Of a stretch of 64,000 nucleotides of DNA, positions 56,109-64,000 are shown in pieces. The position numbers and the translations under genes are program-made. The notes beneath the pieces are model-generated. The model had not been told where the DNA came from. It was given only the letters and a program-made list of their open reading frames with translations, and did no database searches. Where the stretch lies: contig CM082586.2 of NCBI GenBank assembly GCA_040954595.2, positions 5,256,509 through 5,320,508 of the forward strand, read 5' to 3'. This DNA comes from Balanoglossus misakiensis (lineage: Eukaryota; Animalia; Hemichordata). How positions within the stretch are numbered: the stretch's first letter is position 1; each line of letters opens with the position of its first letter.

Positions 56109-58908
56109 ATGGCGCAAGGAATAACGGGAAAATCATTTGTGTTGACTTTCCTGATCACCATTGGACTTGTCAATTGCACGGTCTTGATAACGCTGGTGTC
56201 CTGGAACACAAGCAGGAACGGATACGCTGAAACTGGAATTACGCGACCTGCTGAGCCGGTGAGAGTTCAATTTCAAACAGTAGACGTGCCTTCACTAGTT
56301 GGAAGAAATGCCATTGTCGATCTGGATATTCGAAAACCAAGCCAGCCACCTCAAGCTGGTGAGAACGGGAATAGCAAGTCCTCGGCAGCAGTTGACAGAA
56401 ATAACACCGCGGAGTTAAGGGTCTCAAAACCCGGCCAACCACTGGTCGCCCCAGATGGCAACAGAGAAGGCGTGTCCGCCAATAATAGTGACACTATCGA
56501 TTTAGAAGATCCCAGACTGGACCAACCGACGGCCGCAGACGACGCGGACGGGACGGACGCCACACCAATCACAGAGTCGCTTTTAAAATCCATGTTTCAA
56601 AGCATTCGTCAGAATTGGAGTTTTAATGCAACGGCGGCCGATGACCTCAGGTGTGTGTGATTTCCCTTCTACTGAAAAACATTGCCAATAATCATGGTTG
56701 TTGGAATCTCTTGCGTTTGAAACTCACCCGAAACCGTACAATGCCACACTCCTCAAAAAGTGATTTTATTTTTAAAGGGAATAGGGGAACTTTAACATTG
56801 TGAGCGTTTTTATTTGGCCTTAGTTTACTCGCTCGACTTCGTTGAACTTTGTTACTGATTCTTGCATGCGTTTTCTTTTCCGTTAGATCGCAACTGGAGG
56901 TCAACTGTAACACCACTCAGTTGTTCCTGACAACACGGGCCAATGTACAGCTAAATGAAACCCTAAAGTATGATGCCGAAAGGAGGACAAAGCTGTACAT
57001 AACTCCCAAAGTGTACGAAAGGTTCCCGGAGGTAGGCGTTTCACTTTGGCCATTGTAATATGCACGCTTATTTTGCGCTCATCATATTGTTTTCTATATT
57101 TGTATCGCCGATTTGACAAGAATACTACCGTATTTGAAGGTTTCACAATCATATGCAATTCTGAATCAATGTGCAATACAATACAAGATATGACATCACA
57201 GTATTGAACTTGTCATCACAGTCTACATAAGATGTTATGCGCCTAACCAAAAGTTACTTTATTATTTTTGCCTAACCTAGCATGCATATCATATTTTTCA
57301 GAAAATGCCCTATCTTAAGAAATCGTTCAAGAAGTGTAGTTTAGTGGGCAGCAGTGGATTTCTGTTGGACAGCAAATGCGGAAAGTCCATCGACACGGCA
57401 GACTTTGTCATAAGGTTAATATCTTTGCCTACAAAATCTGTACATTGTCTCTTTTTAGATTAAACATTAGATTTCAGTATTTTTTTCATCCACTGGGAAA
57501 AGAACTTATCTGTATCACTCCCGTCTTTTTATTAATTTATGCTCTGTCACATTTCGTATATGTTTAATCACCGTTGTATTTATTAAATGATATTTATATA
57601 GTCGGCGTTTGAAATTCATAACTAATCATTCCGCGTGCAGGACGGTCTCTCTACATTTACATTGATTGATTGATCCATTTGCTACATTAAAATAAAATTT
57701 CAATAAGCCTGTTTTTCCTTATTTTCAGATTTAATCTTGCCACTGTGCGTAATTTTTCTGAAGACGTTGGCTCGAAGACAGACCTTATGACGTGCAATCC
57801 AACTATCCTGAAAAGAACGTAGGTGTCACTTTAAGTGGGTGTGTCGTCTGAACTGCACATGCGCAACTCCTTTGTTTATAAACACAACATCGGCGTTGTT
57901 TCAATTGTTTAGGGGGACTGGGAGGTTTTGGTTACTAATGTATAATTAAACTTAATTTGTCACGCGTCAAATCAATGCTAAAGCCTTTAATCTTTCTTTT
58001 TGTCTATTACAGCTATAAAAGACTCAAAAAGAACGGAGGCGAGCAATTTATAAATTATTTGACCAGCGAATACCCAAAGGCTTCTATGTACATACCGGCG
58101 TTCACGTACGCATTCTGTACTAGTATGTCATTTAAAGCTCAAGATATTCTACAGTCTGTGAAAACAGATGTGTTTTTCCCACATCCTCGTCACATGGGGT
58201 TGACAAGGGACTTCTGGAAGAAGAGCATCAGGGAAAAGAGAATGTCGTCAGGTGAGATTGGTGGCGTGCGATTCTTCGGATGGAGAAATGTGCGGGAGGG
58301 GGGCAGACTACGGAGGGATTCGGCGCTGTTGGACATGATTATCCAGGACACAAACTGAACATCGACCGACATAGTGTGGTCCCTCCCCCCGCCCCAGGTC
58401 GACGTATACCGTTTATGGTACTGCATTGCGGTATGCATGACGGTGGAACAATACGTACTTCAACGACACTTTGAAAAGATGCAAAATAGTTATCTTTTTC
58501 TTTATTGTTGGCGCTCTTTCATGCGTTGAGTGCGTACCGCCGGTGGCTATAGTGACGACCTTGGGTGGGGGGAAACGTGTCCCCGATATAAAAAAAATTC
58601 AGGGTGTAAGTTTACAGGTTTGGCACCTACTGATTTACGGTTTTCTCGATTTCTTCCCAGGGCTGTTACTGTTCACCGCCGCCATGAGTTTTTGTGAGGA
58701 GGTCCATCTCTATGGTTTCTGGCCCTTTCCCGAGGACCCGGATGGACACGCCCTCTTCTATCACTACTTCGATAAATCGGCCATCATGCTGCCGCCCAAG
58801 AAGCAAAGGGTTCTGCATCACAACATGCCAGAGGAGTTTGAAATGTACATGGATTTGCATAAGAAAGGCGCTATACGGTTGCATGTCGGGAAGTGTGATT
58901 CACCGTAA
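56109..58908 (+). CDS. ST8SIA: Alpha-2,8-sialyltransferase-like (GT29) copy E; exons 56109-56650, 56887-57031, 57302-57414, 57729-57818, 58013-58251, 58661-58908 (458 aa)
   Basis: TM anchor, QNWSFNATAADDLR, motif L [30 protein letters not shown], motif S [43 protein letters not shown]. Exon sum 1377 nt. Confidence 0.92.
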
Positions 58909-59594
58909 TCAATAACTGTTTCATTTTTTGTGTTTTTTGTGTGTGTGTGTTTTGGCAATATTAATACGGTTATTTATGTGCAGTGTGGGGCATCCCTTTC
59001 CAAGCATTGACTGTGACTGGTAGCAGCAACCAGTCACCTCGTCAAGCTGCCGTGGAAGAATTCTTCTTGCCGTGGTGACGGTAGAAAGTGTATTAGTAAG
59101 AAATGGATGTCAGATTATATTCAGCATTAATTGTGTATATTATCACTATAATTTGTTTTATTTATGATTTGCTGTACGGATGGCTGCAGGCTTCTGTACT
59201 TCTGTGCTCGGTAATAAATGTGACGAATCTAAATGCACTCGGTCGCTTCATTGTTGAATTTACCCAGTCACGTTGGCGAACGAGAGAAAATTGTCGATAC
59301 AGACGCTGGTGGCGTTCATGTATCTTGTGAGACGTTCAGGCTATTCAGACCCAGTGCAATCACTGCAAAGAGTCTTCAGTTCAACAATGGAAGCACCACA
59401 CCTGTGGTACCTGCGTGGTAGAATAGAGCGCTCGTGAAGTTTAGTTCCGTGTACTGTCAATTGGTGTCATTTCGCGTGTCCGTGGTCTCGCCATCTCCCT
59501 GTCAATACATATCTACACCGACAGATATACTAGTATGCGTCCATGATATATGTTCAATAGAGAAATACCCGTTTACGTTTTCGTCGTCTGAGCC

Positions 59595-61356
59595 ATGCAG
59601 CGGATCGTAGGGAAACGGCCTTTCGTGTCGTATGTGCTAACCTTGGCAGGACTTGCGTACTTCGCGATCCTTGTGATGCTTGTGACACGGAATAGCGGCG
59701 TGGCAAGCTATCTCCCGGGACAAAGGGGAACTAAGATCAACAACAGGGGCGCACACAGACTGACAGAGTGGTTTCCAAAAGACATGTTTCAAAGGATTCA
59801 TCAGAATTGGAGTTTCAACGCAACCGCGGCTGATGACCTCAGGTTGGTGTACACGTGTTTTTTATATATTACAGCAACGAAAAAAAAATGTGGCCTCTCC
59901 CCTATTCAAACGATAAAAGCCAGGGCTTCAGCAGACTCTTTGTGTTTGGACAAGAAAGTGTTATTGCGCAGTCACCGTGGTTATTGAAAGCCCCGATGCT
60001 TGAGTAAACAAAGACGATCTTGTTACAACGGTCTCTTCATCACCAGGTTTCAACGTACTCCTGTCTAGACGGAAATGCGATCACACCCCGCACATACGGA
60101 CAAGCCACGTTCAGAAAAAAAATTCCACCTATGTTCAAAATGGCAAATTTAAAAACAACAAATTCACTGATTCCAAACGGTTTTGATAATTTCCCAGAAC
60201 AGGTCAGCGTAACTGTTACGCAACATCTTATGTTGTTTGTGTGGTGCAAGGTGGATAGAAATGTGTTTGAATGGAAGCATTTAATTAAGAATGGTACTAG
60301 AAGGGCCCTTTCTAGCTCCATGAATTAAGTTAGACGAGGCCAGCTGCTTGAAGACGTAACGGAAGGGCGTAAAGTGACAGCCTTTTTGTAAAAAAGGGAA
60401 CATTCGCTTTTAAAATATAAATTGTGCGGTCTAATGGTTGCTATTTGTCGCTTCGCCAAATATGACGTCCTTGCAAAAACAAACAGTCGCTCGCTCCTAT
60501 GTTTACTTATGCACGGACGGTGGTGGACATGGCCATTCTTGAGGGATTATGGCCATACACTCTTGTTCTGAGACGGTCATGACACGGTGCAGACTGAAAG
60601 ATTCAGTCGTGTGCGGTTTTGTAGTTAACTGGAAAAGTATTTCGACTGTTTTGTAGATCACAACTGGAGCTGAGCTGTAACATCACACAACTCTTCGTGA
60701 CAACGCAGAACAACGTGCGTCCAAATGAGAGTCTGCAGTATGAAGCTGAGAAAAGGACAAAGTTGATCATCACCCCAGAAGTGTATGACAGGTTCCCGCA
60801 GGTAAATATTCATCTGTCGTTGGTTTTGTCTGTCCTTCGAATAACAACTTTTTGATGAAGATCTCCGAAGTCGAGTAGTTCATTGCTCACTATATATCTA
60901 CAATACAATCATTATATTTCCTACATTTCGTAAACTTTGCAGAATATGCCGTATCACGAGAAATCGTTCAGGAAATGTAGCTTGGTTGGAAGCAGTGGGA
61001 TTCTGTTGGACAGCAAATGTGGTCAATCCATAGACAAATCAGACTTTGTAATAAGGTAAATTTTCTTCACTATACTACTGTAACAGAAGCCGTATTGGGC
61101 AATGGTTGTATTTTGTGCGTGCTGAATTATATTGATAAGAAGAGAAAGTGTCTGGATATATAAAGTACCACCACTTGATATACTTGTATTTCCCTTTTCC
61201 AGATTTAACCTTGCTGCTGTTCAAAATTTTTCTGAAGACGTTGGTTCAAGAACCGATCTTGTCACGTGCAATCCAACGCAGCTTCTAAGAACGTAGGTAT
61301 TAAAAGAATATGTACAGCTCGTAAATTAAGGTTACCCATTCACATATGTATGCTTG

Positions 61357-61414
<58 letters not shown>

Positions 61415-62260
61415 GATGATGATGATGGCGTTAAACAGGCATGTGAAGTATCACTTTTTTCTCCTACAGCTATAAAAAACTTAACGAGAGCCAACATGGC
61501 CGGTTTATACATGTCATGACTACTGAATATCCGGGTGCTTCGATGTACATACCGGCTTTCACATACGACTTCTGCACCAACTTGTCCTTCAAAGCGCAAG
61601 ACGTTCTCCAGTCCGTCCACATGGATGTTGTGTTCCCACATCCACGTCACATCATGATGACTAAGCACTTCTGGAAGAAGCGGGTCAACGAAGTTAGGAT
61701 AACGTCAGGTGAGATGAGATGGGAACGCATCTGCTATATCATAAAGTGTCATTTGGAAAGCAAAGAAGAATCATAGGTGTTCACCATCTTGTTTTGCTCT
61801 ATAACCCCAGATTGAAGAGAGAATATCCTAAAGTTTCCTTGGGCAAAATATGAGAGAAAGTTTAAGACTCTGATTTTCGAGTTATTCACGTGTGGTTGGG
61901 GTTCTCTAGTCAATCAACGCGAATATAGGAACTGCAACAAACTGCCAATCTTGAAAATGTACTATTCTTAGTTCCCGTTTACATGTACATGTATCCATCC
62001 CGTGCATTCCAGGCCTGCTTCTCTTCACCGGAGCGATGGCCTTTTGCGAAGAGGTCCACCTCTACGGATACTGGCCGTTCCGGGAGGACGCCCAGGGGCG
62101 CCCGCTGCAGTACCACTACTTCGACAAATCCGCGGAAATGCTGCCGCCCACAAAGATGAAGAGACTCCATCACAACATGCCGGAAGAGTTCAAAATGTTT
62201 GTCGATTTGCACAACAAGGGCGCTATACGGTTACACGTCGGCAGATGCAATACGTCGTGA
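59595..62260 (+). CDS. ST8SIA: Alpha-2,8-sialyltransferase-like (GT29) copy F; exons 59595-59842, 60657-60801, 60943-61055, 61203-61292, 61470-61708, 62013-62260 (360 aa)
   Basis: TM anchor, short stem, QNWSFNATAADDLR, motif L [30 protein letters not shown], motif S [43 protein letters not shown]. Exon sum 1083 nt. Confidence 0.92.
61357..61427. repeat. (GAT)n microsatellite in copy F intron 4
   Basis: About 23 GAT units with one GGT. Confidence 0.95.
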
Positions 62261-63500
62261 CCAGCAACTGATATCAGTCGTGGACATGTGTGCAATTTTG
62301 TAATTTAATTTTTAATGTATTATTTATTATTGGCATTGTCTTAAACTGTTAAAATATTAAACTTCTACTTTTTGGACAATGACGGGTCGGTTATTTAAGA
62401 TATAAATATAAAGCATGTATGTCGAATATATAGAGTGAAATTCCAAAGTGCAAATATGCCTAATAAGCTTATGGCAGGACGTACATGTACATGTACTTAT
62501 GTTCGCAACGTTGATGGAGTTATGTTTCCAGAACATCGTCACTACCACGCCATAACTCGGGCTTCTGTGCTACCTGCAAGTGACCGATTGCAGCACACCA
62601 CCTAGTACATGTACCAGTAAGCCCAGCAATTGTCGTGAATGTCGCCCTCATAGTCAGTAAAGCGATCCCTCTCTTCTTTCACAATATATTCATGGTGAGG
62701 ACTACTGGGTTTATATCGCAAATTTAGTTTTTAGTCGACAACTTTTGGCCACACAAATACACATGGAGTTTCAAATATGCTATACCAGAAATGTCTTGAA
62801 CTGGATTTGAAAAAAAAAGAGAAAAAGTTTTCTGCTTTATGATGTTTAATTCTTCTAGAAGCTAAAATTCTCAAAAGTTCAAATAAAAAAGGTTAAAACA
62901 TATAATGATGATGCTCAACAATATTCTTCAGATACACCAAACAATCAGTATATCTGGGTACAGCCAGACAATTGTCATTGTCTTGATCACAATGTGTGCT
63001 GAGAGGAAGGCAAAGCACCTCTAGAAATCCAAGAATATCTGGTATGTGTGTAGAGTTGGGCAAACTGTTACTGAACATCCAAGAGTTGCACACTAGTGGT
63101 GGAAAGAGAGAACATCCTCGGAACGGACTAGTTAATGTCTTTTGGGGTTGCCTACACGATCACTGATATTTTGTGCTCCCACTGCTGTGCATGTGGTTAC
63201 TGTCGCCTGAGGATGTTTCTGAAAACAGTCACTGAAGAGACCAAGCAATCAGTTATGTAAAAGTCAGTTGCTTTCAGTGATACTTCATGTGGCGTTCCTC
63301 AAAAAATTCTTTGTTTACCACTCAGTATAGGCTTCATGGAAACCTACCAATCTTACTAAACAGCAACACAAATGTCTTGTATACGAACTCATTTTTCGAT
63401 TGTTTCCCCCTCCATTTGCGCCACACTGATCCTGCCACTGGTGGTTAAACAAAGAACTTGTGAACGGTGCCAGAACACGTTTCAGTCAGTCGCAACCGGT

Positions 63501-64000
63501 TTATTCTGGTTCTTGTTTGATCTGGATGTTGGCAAAGTCATTTGACGACTGCTGGCTGTCCTCAGACTGTTCAACGTCCTGCCTACTCTCGCTGGTCTCC
63601 GATTCACCCCCGTCGTCGTTTCCCCACCCCTCCTCCTTGAGGGCCAATCCCGACTCGTCCTCCTCCCCCTCGGCGACGACGTGGTACTCCCCTATCTCCT
63701 CCTCCTCCTCCTCGCTCTCGGTCTTGATCAGACCCGGTTCGGCTTTCACCCACCTGAAGGATGGCGTGCCAGTTTCGCTCCTGTCCTCCGCCACACCCAG
63801 ACTGGCGGAGACGCTCGTGCTGGGCGAGCTCGCGATGCTGTGGTCTAGTCCTTCGTGTATTCCCCCCATGCTGCTGCCGGCCTCGCTTCCGTCATGAGAC
63901 GGCCCCGCGTTACTGGAAGTGACTGTGGCAGAAGCAACCGGGCCCACGGAAGTGGAGTTCGGTATGCTGATCGACATCTTTTTAGCGCTGCTGTCTGCCC
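63501..64000 (-). CDS. 3' terminal exon of an unidentified acidic, low-complexity, probably nuclear protein (5'-partial)
   Basis: GC-rich frame open from the window edge to TAA at 63501-63503. Ser/Glu-rich with VKAEP, IKTE, LKEE and IKQEPE motifs typical of chromatin/transcription proteins. Confidence 0.65.
   Translation of the reverse strand, partial: ADSSAKKMSISIPNSTSVGPVASATVTSSNAGPSHDGSEAGSSMGGIHEGLDHSIASSPSTSVSASLGVAEDRSETGTPSFRWVKAEPGLIKTESEEEEEEIGEYHVVAEGEEDESGLALKEEGWGNDDGGESETSESRQDVEQSEDSQQSSNDFANIQIKQEPE

Overview
Intron-rich animal genomic DNA, most likely from an invertebrate deuterostome (hemichordate, echinoderm or cephalochordate-like; inferred from gene content, not proven). 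The left third holds five genes: the 3' part of a WSCD-family (sialate O-sulfotransferase-like) gene (+), EXD2 (-), PSMD14/Rpn11 (+), STAM (-) and CMC1 (+). EXD2/PSMD14 and STAM/CMC1 form two head-to-head pairs. From about 22 to 62 kb lies a tandem array of six apparently intact GT29 alpha-2,8-sialyltransferase (ST8Sia-like) genes. Three are on the minus strand and three on the plus strand, diverging from a ~10 kb spacer. All six have six coding exons with invariant 145/113/90-nt internal exons. They share non-canonical features (an extra conserved Cys pair, loss of the third sialylmotif-L Cys), have hypervariable stems and show signs of exon mosaicism. The window ends in the acidic, SUMO-motif-rich last exon of an unidentified minus-strand gene. 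Several MITEs and microsatellites are present. No rRNA, tRNA or CRISPR was seen. Exon boundaries were read by eye from splice signals and frame consistency; no database search was run.
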